Of a DNA stretch of 64,000 bases, positions 22,353-35,357 are shown piece after piece. This stretch comes from Neocallimastix sp. 'constans' (Eukaryota), in NCBI GenBank assembly GCA_050613775.1, contig JBODTK010000115.1, forward strand, positions 434,001 to 498,000, read 5' to 3'. Within the stretch, counting starts at the first letter, position 1, and every line of letters starts with the position of its first letter. The translations under genes and the position numbers were made by a program. The notes beneath the pieces are model-generated. The model ran no database searches, was not told where the DNA came from, and worked only from the letters and a program-made list of their open reading frames with translations.

Positions 22353-22389
<37 letters not shown>

Positions 22390-22849
22390 TAATGATAAAA
22401 AATTTATAAAATAATAAATTATATTTAATAAATAAATAATTCATTTTAAGTGTAATTGTAATAAAAATTTTAATTAATTTTTTTTTTTTCGAATCATAAA
22501 TGATAAAATAAAGTAAAAGTAAAAGTAAAAAGTAATCAATTATATATATATATATAACAATTTTTATTAAACATTATTCACATATTTAATAAATTATAGT
22601 TAAATTGTATTCTTGGTAAGGGTGCATATAAAACTGTATATAAAGCACTTGATTGGGAAGAAGGATTTGAAGTTGCCTGGAGTAGTACTCAAGTACATTT
22701 TAATTATAAAATTATTTATAGTTTTAATAAATAAAATATTTACAAAATTATTTATATACAAAATTATTTATATACTTTTTTTATTATTTTAAATAAAAAT
22801 TAAATATCAATAAAATTAAATTAAATTAAACAAAAATTTTAAATTACAA

Positions 22850-22897
<48 letters not shown>

Positions 22898-23834
22898 CTA
22901 CAAAAGCTGAATATATTGAATTAAATGAAGAAATTGAAATTCTTAAGCGTGTTAGACATCCCAATATTATTAATTTCCATGTAAGTTTTAATACTTCAAA
23001 TTATATTAGATAAAATAATGATATTATTTAAAAATAAAAATATAAATATAAAAGTTAATAGCTTTTATAATGCAATCATTATTAAATTATTATCAATAAT
23101 AAAAATAATAATAAAATAAAGGATTGTTGGTACAATAATAATGAAATTATATTTATCACTGAATTAATGACATCTGGAACATTAAGAGAGTAAATATAGA
23201 AAATAAAAAGAGTCATAATATCATAATAACGATTAATTGATGAATAAATATATTCATTAAAAATAATAAAAAAAAAGAATTAAAATTAAAAATAAAAATA
23301 TAGAGATGATAATAAATAAATAAATAAAATTATTAATTTTTTTATTAAAAATAAATAGATATATCCAAAAATTACAAGTACCATACTTAAAAATAATAAA
23401 GCGTTGGTCAAGACAAATTCTTAAAGGATTATACTACCTTCATTCGTATGATCCACCAATTATTCATAGAGATATAAAGGTAAAAAATCACTAAATATCC
23501 AAAAAATAAAATAAAAATAAAAATAAATTGATCAATATAGTTTATTAATATTTATAAAATAAAATAAATTTATCAATAGTTATTAATAATATTTATGAAA
23601 TAAAATACTTTTTTTTATTATTATTATTATTAGTGTGATAATATTTTTATTAATGGTGCACATGGTGAAGTTAAAATTGGAGATATGGGTACAGCTAAAA
23701 TGAAATTAGGAAAAAATTATACTGTTATTGGAACACCAGGTAAATATAATGATATACGAACATTAATATAATTCATAATTATATATATATTTATATATAT
23801 ATAACTTAATATTATTTTAAATTTATATTTTATT

Positions 23835-23889
<55 letters not shown>

Positions 23890-24186
23890 TATATTATTAA
23901 AATATTTAAATTAAAATATAATATTGTAATTATTTATTTTATATATGATAGAATTTATACCTCCAGAAATGTATGAAGAAAAGGGTTATAATGAAAAGGT
24001 TGATGTTTATGCTTTTGGAATGTGTCTTTTAGAAATGGTAATTTATCTAATTATATATATATATTATTATTATAACTTTGTAATATTTCATTTTCAACAA
24101 CAACAAAAATAACATTAATTATGATAATTTATTTATTATATATTGTGTATACTTGAAAATAAAAATAAAAATAAAATGAAAAAATG

Positions 24187-24229
<43 letters not shown>

Positions 24230-24379
24230 TATATTATTTTTATTATCAAAATAGGTTACTGGTGAATATCCATATAGTGAATGTAAGAATCCTCCTCAAG
24301 TTTATAAAAAAGTTATTAATGTAAGTATTATAATAATTATTAGTTGATATTAAATCTTAATTATGAAAATGAAATTAAA

Positions 24380-24420
<41 letters not shown>

Positions 24421-24717
24421 AATAATTTATTATTATATGAAATTTATAAATATTTAATTCAATTTTTATAAAATTAAAGGGTATTAAACCAGAATGTTTA
24501 AGTAGAGTAACTGATCGTAACGTATTAGAAATTATAAATAGTTGTATATGTCCAGAAAATGAAAGGTAATTAAATCAAAATATTTATATAATTCACATAA
24601 ACTATTTATTATTTTTTTTTTTATTTATTTATATAAACTAATCACATTATTAATATTAAAATAATTAATTATGTAAATTTTGTAAATAAATAATTTTATA
24701 ATTAATAATCCTAATAC

Positions 24718-24796
<79 letters not shown>

Positions 24797-25021
24797 GGAG
24801 TGTTAAACAATTATTAGAAACCTCATTTTTCTTAGCTGAACCGGAAGTATTATTATTATCATCAAATGAAACTAAAAATCACTTAACTATGCAAGTTATA
24901 TTTAAAGGTACCGATCAACTTTCAGTAAAGTTTGAATTTAATACAGATACAGATACTGCTGAAGATGTTGTTAGTGAAATGGTATGATATTAAAAATTAA
25001 TATAAATTAATATAAATTAAA

Positions 25022-25093
<72 letters not shown>

Positions 25094-25207
25094 GTAAAAT
25101 AATACAACAAAATTAAATAATAAAAATTAATAAAAATAATAAAATTATATTAATTATATTAATTATCTATTTAATATTATTGTTATTAATACTAAAACAA
25201 AACAAAA

Positions 25208-25260
<53 letters not shown>

Positions 25261-25625
25261 TTCAAGAGGAAGTCATTCCAGAAAAATATCAGCAATTAAT
25301 TACTTCCGAAATTAATGGTATTTTAAGAGAGATGAATAAATATACACCAGAATTAGATGAAAATAAAGAAGAAGATCATCATATATGGAAAAGGGAAAAT
25401 GCTATTTCTAAGAAAATTGAACAAGCAAATCAAAGATTCCAAGATGCAGAAAGAAGAATTATTGTTGCCGAAGAAGCTATTAAAAATATAGATCTGGAAC
25501 TCGAAAATTTAGAAAATTTAAAAAGAAATAAAGCTTCATTAGAATATGAATTACAGAAAAAAGCAGTCATTTCGGATAATCCTTCAGTTACTACTCCTCA
25601 GGATATACCCGATGATGGTATGAAT

Positions 25626-25660
<35 letters not shown>

Positions 25661-26247
25661 TATTTTATTGTTATTAATTTTAAAGGGTTTAATGATTATT
25701 ATATATTAATTATATAGTTATATAAAATCGAAATCAATATTAATACTAATTATAATTATTATGATTATTATTATTAATAATACTATTGTTTATTTATTTG
25801 TTTATTTGTCTTATTTATTATTATATATTATTTATTATATTTTTATCATTATCTATTATTTATTATTATTCAAATTATTATATAATAATTATTTTTTCCA
25901 TATTTTAATCCTTAGATTATTTTAATGATCTTCCCGTTGAAGAATTGGCAAAATTTACGGCAGCTTCAAATAATAAAGCAGATAAAATTAAAGAATGGAC
26001 ACAAAAATTACGAGACCAAGATATTGTAACAATAGGGGATTTAAAAGAATGTAAATTTCTATCTTTATATATTTTATTATTATTACATTTTATTATTTTA
26101 ATTATTTTTATTATTATTATATATTATTATTTTTATTATTTTTATTATTTTTATTATTTTTATTATTGTTATTATTATTATTATTATCATACATTAACTT
26201 AAATTTATTATTAAATATTATTCTTAAATATTTATTATTGCTAAATA

Positions 26248-26288
<41 letters not shown>

Positions 26289-26655
26289 TTAAAAAATAGT
26301 ACATGATGAAGATTGGGCAGGTTTGGGTTTAACAGTATTAGCAACCCGTTTATTAAAGGTATATTATTTTTATTTTATAATTATATATATATATATATAT
26401 TAATAATTATTATTTATTAATTTCGTTTCCAATATTATTTACTTATTTATTTTTACCTAAATTATATTTTGGTACAAATAATAATAATAATAATAAAATT
26501 GAAATTATAAAATGAAGAATGCATTATATAAGAAATTACATGATAATATGAGTCCACAGCAGTATTCTTTACCAAGAATAAATTCACCACCTAGTGATTT
26601 AGGGAGATATAACTCTTTGAACCATTCAACATATAATGATCAATCGGCTTTATAG
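21858..26655 (+). CDS. WNK: WNK-family (With No Lysine) Ser/Thr protein kinase with C-terminal coiled coil and SAM-like domain, ~14 exons
   Basis: Spliced product: [36 protein letters not shown]...RHPNIINFH...[14 protein letters not shown]...[49 protein letters not shown]...[44 protein letters not shown]. Lys in the Gly-loop strand (GAYKTVYK), EVAW lacking the subdomain II Lys, and CDNIFING are WNK hallmarks. Stop TAG at 26653-26655. Confidence 0.93.
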
Positions 26656-27111
26656 AAATATATATATTTTTTTTTTACAAGTGATTAAAAAAAAAAGAGT
26701 TTGAAATAACAAAAAAAAAATTTTTTTTTACTATTATAAAATCAATATTTAGTTTTGTTTTTGTTTTGTTTTTGTTATAAAAGAAAATACTAAAATTGAA
26801 TTTATAATAAAAAAAATTTTTTTTTCCATTATATTTTATATCTGAAATAATGCATTAATAAAAATTATATAATTTATAATAACTAAAAATTTTAAAAAAT
26901 ATATATATATCATTGCTAATACTTATAAGAACAATTAAAAATAACTTTTAATTTATATATATATATATATACAAAGAATATATATAACTATAGTGCAACC
27001 TAAAATAATATAATATACTACTAATAATATAATAATATAATATAATATGATTAAATCGAAATAAAAAAAAATAATAATATATATATAAATTTAAAATAAA
27101 AGAAAAATTGC

Positions 27112-27154
<43 letters not shown>

Positions 27155-27321
27155 GAAAAAAAAAATTTAAAAAAAGAAAAAAAAATTAAAAATTTAATAA
27201 AAAAAAAATAAAAAATAAAAAATAAAAAAAAAAAAAAGTTATATCTATATATATTTTAAATAATATATATATATATAATAATTAAAAATATTATTATTAA
27301 TATAAATTATTAATTATTATC

Positions 27322-27367
<46 letters not shown>

Positions 27368-27415
27368 TTATTTTTGTTGTTGTTTTATTTCTTTATAGAT
27401 GTTTTTGTTTTTTTA

Positions 27416-27467
<52 letters not shown>

Positions 27468-27649
27468 GTTATTACCTATTACTTATTTTATTAAACTATT
27501 AAATCTTCATCATCATGTGTATATATATTTTTTTATATAATTATTTATATTATATCATTTTATAACAAAAAAAAAAAAAAAAAAAAAAAAAAATTAGTTT
27601 TATAAAAATAATATAATATTTATATTTATAATATTTTTATATTTTGTTT

Positions 27650-28628
27650 TATTACAATATGTGAATCTAGACAGTTATTGATATAGCCTTCCAAAAATAT
27701 TAAATTATCAACACATAGTTTGAACATATATTTGTTATAAAAACTTGTATGTTTATTTTAATAATTTGGAAGGCTATATCAAATATGATCAAATAGGGAG
27801 GTATGCATTTCGCAATTGTGCATTTCTCAAAAATATGGCTTAAAATATTTTTAAAATATAAACTTATAAATAAATAAATAAAATAAATAAATAAATAAAT
27901 AATATTAAATAAAAAAAAAAATAAATACATTAAAAATGTTTTATTATTACTCTTTTATATTTTATCTTAATTTCTATCAATTTTTAGTTTTATTTTAATA
28001 TTAAAATTTTAATAAAATAAAAAAAAAATTATATAATATTGATATAGATATTAATACTAAAAATAACTATATAATATTGATATTGATTTTAATAATAAAA
28101 ATAACTACATAAAATATTGATATTCTATGTATATAATTATTTATTATTCAGAATAAGTAATATATAATTATTTAATGTTACAGTATTATGAAGATATGAA
28201 ATATATATGAAAATATTTTTTTTTTACTTCTTAATATTTATAATATTTAATATTGGGAGAGTTTTCATTTAAATTGCATTTCTCCAGGTTGCATTTCGAC
28301 AAGTGGCGTAGTATTAAAATGTTGCTTTTCCCCAGGTTGCATTTCAACAAGTGGAGTATTGATAAAAATAAATGAATAAATAAATAAATATTAATTCATA
28401 ATAATTTTTTTTAAAATTGTTTTTATTCGATATTAATAGTATTTAATTTTATTTATTGATTTATTTATTCTGAATAAAAAATTAGGGTTAATTATTAAAT
28501 TTTTTAATTAAAATTTATTTATTTATTTATTTTTTTATTTATTTACTATTTATTATTTATTATTTATTTAAAAATATTTTATAATAATATATTTAAAGAT
28601 TTATTTACTTATTTCAAAAATGATTTTT

Positions 28629-28680
<52 letters not shown>

Positions 28681-29522
28681 TTGGTTAAAAAAATTATATA
28701 ATGTGGTAATTAATTTAAAAAAATTTAAGCCACATTGTAAAATGCACAATTGCGAAATATAGATACACATTCGTGAATCTATGTATTAAATGAATCTAGA
28801 AAATGATAATATATATTATTAATATAATGTAATTAATTAATAGTATTTCTATAACAAGCTACATTTTTAGTAGAAATTCAATGTAAATTTCATTACGTTG
28901 AACATTGCTAATCAACTAGTTATATTTACTCATAAATAGCCTTATTAATAGAACTTCATATTCAATAATAGATTAAGAGTCTCAGTGACTCGACTCTTAA
29001 GAGGATTCTCTGAAAGATGAATCCTAAAACCGGACATAAATTATATCAAGAAGAAAGCTGTTGGAATTGAAGAATGCCGATTACTCGATCAATATCAATG
29101 TGAAAATCTAACCTTTAGAAAATCTGAATATCGAGATATTGAAATCTCGAAAACTTTTGAAATTCAAAATATTCGTTACCTCCAACCAAAATTTAAGAAC
29201 CACTTAAGGAAATGCTAAAAACAATATTTATATTTCAAGAAATAAGTTAAGGCTATTCAAAGCAAAGGATGAACATTTTGAAAATATGAATAGATTTGCA
29301 ATCAGAAAGAAAATAAATAAACTAATAACAATACCATTTAAATCTATAATTAAATGGGTTTACCGTAATCCTCAGGATAATATGTTCTTTAATTATTATA
29401 TTATTTATTACAGTTAGTCCTGATTTACTTAAAAGATCTTGGGGATATAACGTATCCTAGAATATACGAAATAAAATTTAATAATATATTAGTTAATAAG
29501 ACTTTAAGAAATCATTAAAAAT

Positions 29523-29557
<35 letters not shown>

Positions 29558-31002
29558 TTAAACCGCAAAGCATATTATTTTAAGTACAGTCATTTTACGG
29601 CGTATTTATATATATCAATAATATTATAATGATGAGAAAATCCAAATATATAATAATAGCCTAAGAGTGAAAATTAAAAAAAAAAATTAGTTTACAAGGA
29701 GAAAGTAATTGAAATATGGAATTTTTATCAACTATGAAGCACTTTATATTATTTATTAATAAGTTTAAATGACTAAAATAGCATAATTGATTGTAAATGA
29801 AATCAATTTTAATACCCCAAGATTATAATTTATCAAATACATCAATATATAATAATCAACAATTTTATGTAAAACAAACAAATAGTTTCATAAGAGATTT
29901 TATAATAAATATTTAAAAGCAATCACGCGGTTATTACTAAACCCACAAAAGAGTGATAAATAAAAAAATGATAAATTGGTTACCACTTACCAACAAAAGT
30001 ATACCCTGTTGCAAGGTTAATTACTTATCCCACAAAAAAGAGATTATAATAAATGGTTTCTAATCTCTTTATCCAACGAAAGTAAGGCTGAGGACTATAA
30101 GTCGAAGATACCACTATAATAAATTTATATCTAAAAAATTTTAACAGGTTAATAATAAATTATCTAATGGTTGCAAGTTACTTTAATGTAACAAAATTTA
30201 ATTCGATGAAGTTTTTACAAAACTCATCTAATATGAATCTCAAAACTACAAAGCAAAAATATTTTAATAGTTAATGCTAATCTATCTAATCTATAAAGCA
30301 ATATTTAATGGTTATCGCTCAAACAACAAAACGAAATATATATATAAAAAGTTAGCGCTAATCTATAAAGTGGATTATAATTGAAAGTGATGTAAAACCC
30401 AATATATAAGAGATATTCACACAAATTGAGATGGTATAATATCACCCTTCAAGAGAAAGGTTTCCATCATACAAATAATAATATATAAACCATATAAGAG
30501 ATGTTTTAGAAATATCTAATATTATTAAATACTTAGTTTTAGGGGGAAATTATTTGATTACAAATATAATTAAGAAACTATTTTAAAAATATTTAAATCG
30601 AATTAAAGAAATTAATAAAATGTAAAAATATTTTATTCATGTAAAATTAAAAGGTTAATTTAGAATAGAAATAATTAATAAGCTTAATAATATTAAGTTA
30701 ATATTACAAAATAGATTAATTTTATATACACATATTCACCGGTAAACCAATTTATTTATTATAGAATAACTAGGTTTAAGGATTGTTACAATATGTGAAT
30801 TTATATATTAAATGAATCTAAAATAATGATAATATAAATTATTAAAATAAACATAATATAATGTAATTAATTAATAGTATTCCAGAAAAAGCCACATTTT
30901 TAGTATAAATACATGTAAATTTCATTATATTGAACATTGCTAATCAACTATTTATATTTATTCATAAATAACCATATTAATAAAACTTCATATTCAATAA
31001 AA
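27650..31002 (+). mobile_element. Decayed, internally deleted LTR retrotransposon
   Basis: Two ~220-bp direct repeats: 5' LTR 27650-27669 plus 28773-28970 (split by an insertion) and 3' LTR 30784-31002; termini TATTACA/TGTTACA...CAATAATA/CAATAAAA (decayed TG..CA); 5-bp TSD TGTTT at 27645-27649 and 31003-31007; ~1.8-kb interior is GC-elevated with no open frame. Confidence 0.85.
27670..28772. mobile_element. Non-autonomous Mutator-like (9-bp TSD) composite insertion inside the 5' LTR
   Basis: TSD GTGAATCTA at 27661-27669 and 28773-28781; the uninterrupted 3' LTR carries this site once. Inverted arms ATTTCGCAATTGTGCATTT (~27807) and AAATGCACAATTGCGAAAT (~28740); internal 28255-28450 matches the left half of the element at 54908. 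Confidence 0.8.
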
Positions 31003-31024
31003 TGTTTAGTCTTTTAAAGAACAA

Positions 31025-31114
31025 TTTTTTTTTTTTATAGAACAATTTTTTTTTTATAGACTGAAGACTTTTGTCTCCCCCATATGTTAATATGAGTGTA
31101 TGTTTTAACTGTCA
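31025..31114 (-). mobile_element. Short polyA-tailed retroposon, shorter second copy
   Basis: Reverse complement TGACAGTTAAAACATACACTCATATTAACATATGGGGAGACAAAAGTCTTCAGTCTAT-polyA matches the 3' part of 13283-13407; 14-bp TSD CTTTTAAAGAACAA at 31011-31024 and 31115-31128. Confidence 0.8.
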
Positions 31115-32427
31115 CTTTTAAAGAACAAAATAATTGTTTAATTGCTAGAGTTATATTATAAAGTACTAAATATTATTTATATTATATAGTTATATAAATA
31201 TAAATATAAATAATTTTAATATTTTTTATATTTTATAAAAAGTATATATTTATTGTATATGTAATAAATATTAAAATTATACTATATAATATATATAATA
31301 TTTATATTTTTTACATAGATAATAAGATTATGTATAATACATATTAAATATAAAAATAATTTATAAAAATAAATAATAAATATATTAATTACATTTTTAC
31401 AGAATAATAGAATATTCTATATACTCTATATATTGTATATAATATATAAATTAAAAATACAGATACAATAATATATAATAACAATAATATATAATAATAA
31501 TAATATAATATATGTTATATGTTAATAATTAATTTAATTATATAATATTATTTTTATAATTACTCATTTAGATTATAAATAAAAATCTTATTAATTATTA
31601 AATATAAGATTGGGCATAAAAACTGTGTTGATTTATTGACTACTTATTATTACTATCTAATGTTTTAATTCTGGTTTTTTTTATTTTGTTTATAATATGA
31701 TCATGTAATATAAAGTAATGAAGATTAAGAGATAATAATAATAATAATATAATAAATAACAATACTATGACATTAAAAATAAATAAATAAATAAAAATTA
31801 ATAAAATTATAACGCATTTCAACTTTCTTAGTACTTATAAGATATAATAACAAATAAACAACTTATATAATAAATACAATATTACATATATTATTTATAA
31901 GTTTTAATACATATTTTATATATTTTTTACATAATTTATATAAACATAACACACACACAGCACATACAATATAACATATACAACAAACATATATCAAACA
32001 TATAACAATAATATTTAATAATAAATTTAAAGAATAATCAATTAAATATTTTATAACGAATAAAATTAATATAAAATGGATAATTTTAAATTTTACACAT
32101 AACAAATAAATTATTTTTTAATAATTTGTTTTTTTTCTATTTAATATAAATTTCAAAAAAATATTAGATTATTATTATTAGTAGTAATTTTTTTTTTCCA
32201 GTATATAAAAATAAATATTCCTTTCAGTTTCTTTTTTTTTTTTTTTTTTTTTTATAGTTTTATAAATAATAAATAATAATAATAAATAATAAATATTTTA
32301 AAAAGTTGAACTTTTTAATAAATTACATATAAATAATATAATTATAATATAATTAAATACAATTTATACATTATTATATCAACTATTAATTAAAAATAAT
32401 AATAAATAAAAAAAAAAAAAAAAAAAA

Positions 32428-32878
32428 ATGACTATTTGTAGACCAAATCATTGTTGCTTCTTCTTTGTATTGAAAGATGGTATTACTTTTATTTTACTAT
32501 TTCATTTTTTTTGGCAACATTTATAGGAGCTTTGTAATATTTTTTGGGAACATTTATAGGAGATTTCCAATTCAGTGAAGTTGCCGTATTAGCATTTTTA
32601 GTAACTGCATTTTTTACAGTTTTTGCTATTTATGGTATGTGTTGCAATGTTACAAGTGCTATTCTTATTTATTTAATTTACACCATTGTATTATATTTTA
32701 TATCAACAATTCTTTATTTAAAAAAAATAATGGAAATTATGTAATAGTTGCCCTAGTAACTATAATAGAATTACATTTCTTATTAGTTATAAAGGAATAT
32801 TATATAGAAATAAAGTTTATAGAACTTGAAGCCAAAGAAAAAGAATCAAAAATTACTACTGATGCAGATGTTATTTAA
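32428..32878 (+). pseudogene. Frameshifted small multi-pass membrane protein gene
   Basis: Starts MTICRPNHCCFFFVLKDGITFILLFHFF and hits a stop; continues in a second frame (LGTFIGDFQFSEVAVLAFLVTAFFTVFAIYGMCCNVTSAILIYLIYTIVLYFISTILYLKK) and a third (NNGNYVIVALVTIIELHFLLVIKEYY...TDADVI*). Breaks coincide with a ~33-bp local duplication (TTGG.AACATTTATAGGAG twice) and homopolymer runs. Confidence 0.6.
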
Positions 32879-33342
32879 TAAAATTTAAAATAAAAATAAG
32901 AAAAAATGAAAAAAAAAAAAAGTTCATTTTTTTAATTTTTATTATTAATAAATATATTGAAAAATAATAAATTTTAAAATAAGAAGGAATATTAAAAACA
33001 TTTTTAATATTTTTATAGTTTTAACTTTTTTAAATTATTTATTTTATTAACATATTATTTATTATGGTATACATTATGGATTTTAAAAGTATATTATTTA
33101 TTATGGTATACAATATGATATACATGATGAGTGAATCATACATATCAAAAATATACATTATACATAAGAAAGGAAAATTAATATACATTATACATAAGAA
33201 AGGAAAATTTAAGAAATATTCATTGAATTAGAAAGAGAAATAAAAATTACTTATATTAAGATATAATGTATTGAAATTATTCAAAATATAAGTCTTTATT
33301 TTTTTTAAATATTTATTAAATATAAGCAATAGCTTAAATTTA

Positions 33343-33718
33343 TGTTAATATTTATACATATATTAATTACCGATCCAGTTTCTATCCTGATCGTTAAGGT
33401 GTTTCTTCACTAACATAAAGCTTCTGATTCGACCTTCTGATTATGTCCAAATCTAGCTTAATTTTCCTACTGAGTTTGCTCTAAGAATTATATGTTAAAG
33501 TAACATAGAGGTAAGTATAATAATATGATTGCTGTGGTTTATCCCTGGCAAAACTTAGCCGGTTTTTCCCTTCAAGGTTTTCCGTTACTAGTACAAGCAA
33601 CAAAATTGACAGATACGGTTTTATTACATATAAAATAAATTTTTATCAAACTAATTTACATAAATATAAATAGTTGATTAAATAAATTTAATTTACTGTA
33701 TATTCTTATTCCATAACA
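33343..33718 (+). mobile_element. Candidate solo LTR (376 bp)
   Basis: GC-elevated non-coding island bounded by TGTTA and TAACA, flanks ATTTA / TTTTA (4 of 5 TSD match), AATAAA motifs in the 3' third. Confidence 0.55.
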
Positions 33719-33758
33719 TTTTAATAATAGAATTATTTAGTTTATTATAATTATTTTT

Positions 33759-33795
<37 letters not shown>

Positions 33796-34602
33796 ATTTT
33801 TTATGAATAAAAAAATAAGAATATATTAATAAAAAAAAAAATAAAATAAAAATTAAAAATTTCATTTTTCAAATGATTGATTATTGGTATAAAAAATAAA
33901 AAAAAAAAGGTATAATAAAGAAAAAAAAAATAACAAAAATTTTTTTAATTAAAAATATAAAATAATTTCAAAAAAAAAAAAAATAAAATAAAAATAAAAT
34001 TTCACATTTTCCTTAAAAGTATATTTTTCAAATTGTAAAAATTTTTTTTTTTCATTATTTAAAAATAGTTTTGATATACAGGATAATAGAAATCATTAAA
34101 TTTAGCCTTATAAATTTTCTTTTCGATAATTTACATTCATTATTCCTAAAAAAAATTATATTTAATACATCGATGTGTATTTTTACTATTGATAAAAAAA
34201 AAATTTTATTCCATATAGTTTCTTTCAATAAATATACAAATATTTTAATTTTTTTTCTCTGTTATAATAAAAAAACTTTTAATATCAACAATTTTCCTTA
34301 AATATTTTATGATATTATTGTATACTTTTTTACTTATTGTACCGATTTTAACCAAAATTTCATTTTATTTGAAAGTTTTGAAAATAATTGTACAAATAAA
34401 TAATACTCTATTTAAAAAAATATTAACACTTTTTTTTTAATTTTTATCTCTTATATATAAGGTTGCAATTTTATTTTTATTGTAAATAATTTGAATCTAC
34501 AAATTTACAATAGTTTATTATTTTTATGCCTTTAAAACAGCGATAAAAAAAATTTCCAAAAATTGCTTCAATACATCCTTCAAGAAACGGGCATTTGTTA
34601 AT

Positions 34603-35248
34603 TTAGAGGTTGACTATATATGATTTATAGTTTAAATAATTATTTTTATATTAAATATATATTAGTAATTCTTCTATTAATATAAATATTTTAATTTAAA
34701 ACTTACGCTTAGTTCTTCTCCAGTTTCTTCTCTTAGCGTTGTATCTGATAGTGTTACCAGTCTTGAAACGGAACCATTGTGGAAGTGGTCTGTTTTGCTT
34801 TTGTTTCTTACCGAGGATACGCTTAATCTTGAAAGTCTTGTTGGAAGGCTATACAATAATGATACAATACATAATAAATATATTCAATAATTATTCTTTA
34901 TATATACTCTTATATACATAATAACTAAATAATTTAAAATATTAAATCTAATCCATATCTATTATAAACATATAATAGATTATATTATAATTATTAATAA
35001 ATTATTAAATATAGGACATTTCAAAATCATTATATATATTAATTTTTAATAAATTTAGGCGTGAAAGATATCCATCATTGTAACATAACATATAATAATT
35101 AAATTCTTCAAATTTGAATTAGTAATCAACAACATAATTATAACATAATGTTAAAAGAGTTAATCCATTAAACAATTCATTTAATTATAACATAATGTTA
35201 AAAGAGTTAATCCATTAAACAATTCATTCATTCATCAATTTTTACCAT
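34603..35248 (-). CDS. RPL39: 60S ribosomal protein L39 (eL39), 3 coding exons
   Basis: ATG (35248-35246) + 34848-34707 + 34613-34603 give [51 protein letters not shown] (51 aa); GT-AG introns. Confidence 0.97.
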
Positions 35249-35282
35249 TTTCAAACGTCCGTACGGATCTTCAAAAAATTTA

Positions 35283-35357
35283 AGAGAGGAAATATTAAAT
35301 CAATATAGAATATTTTCATTTTTCTTTATGAAAAATACATTAAATCTGACCAATCAT
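35283..35357 (-). promoter_or_regulatory. Putative RPL39 start-site pyrimidine tract and upstream CCAAT element
   Basis: TTTCCTCTCTT on the sense strand ~40 nt upstream of ATG (TOP/TCT-like); GACCAATCA at ~35348-35356. Confidence 0.35.

Noticed and set aside
33505..33520. ATACTTACCT on the minus strand resembling the U1 snRNA 5' end
   Set aside because: The following sequence shows no U1 stem-loops or Sm site; it is the complement of a splice-donor consensus.
34739..34921. 60-aa plus-strand ORF
   Set aside because: Antisense shadow of RPL39 exon 2.
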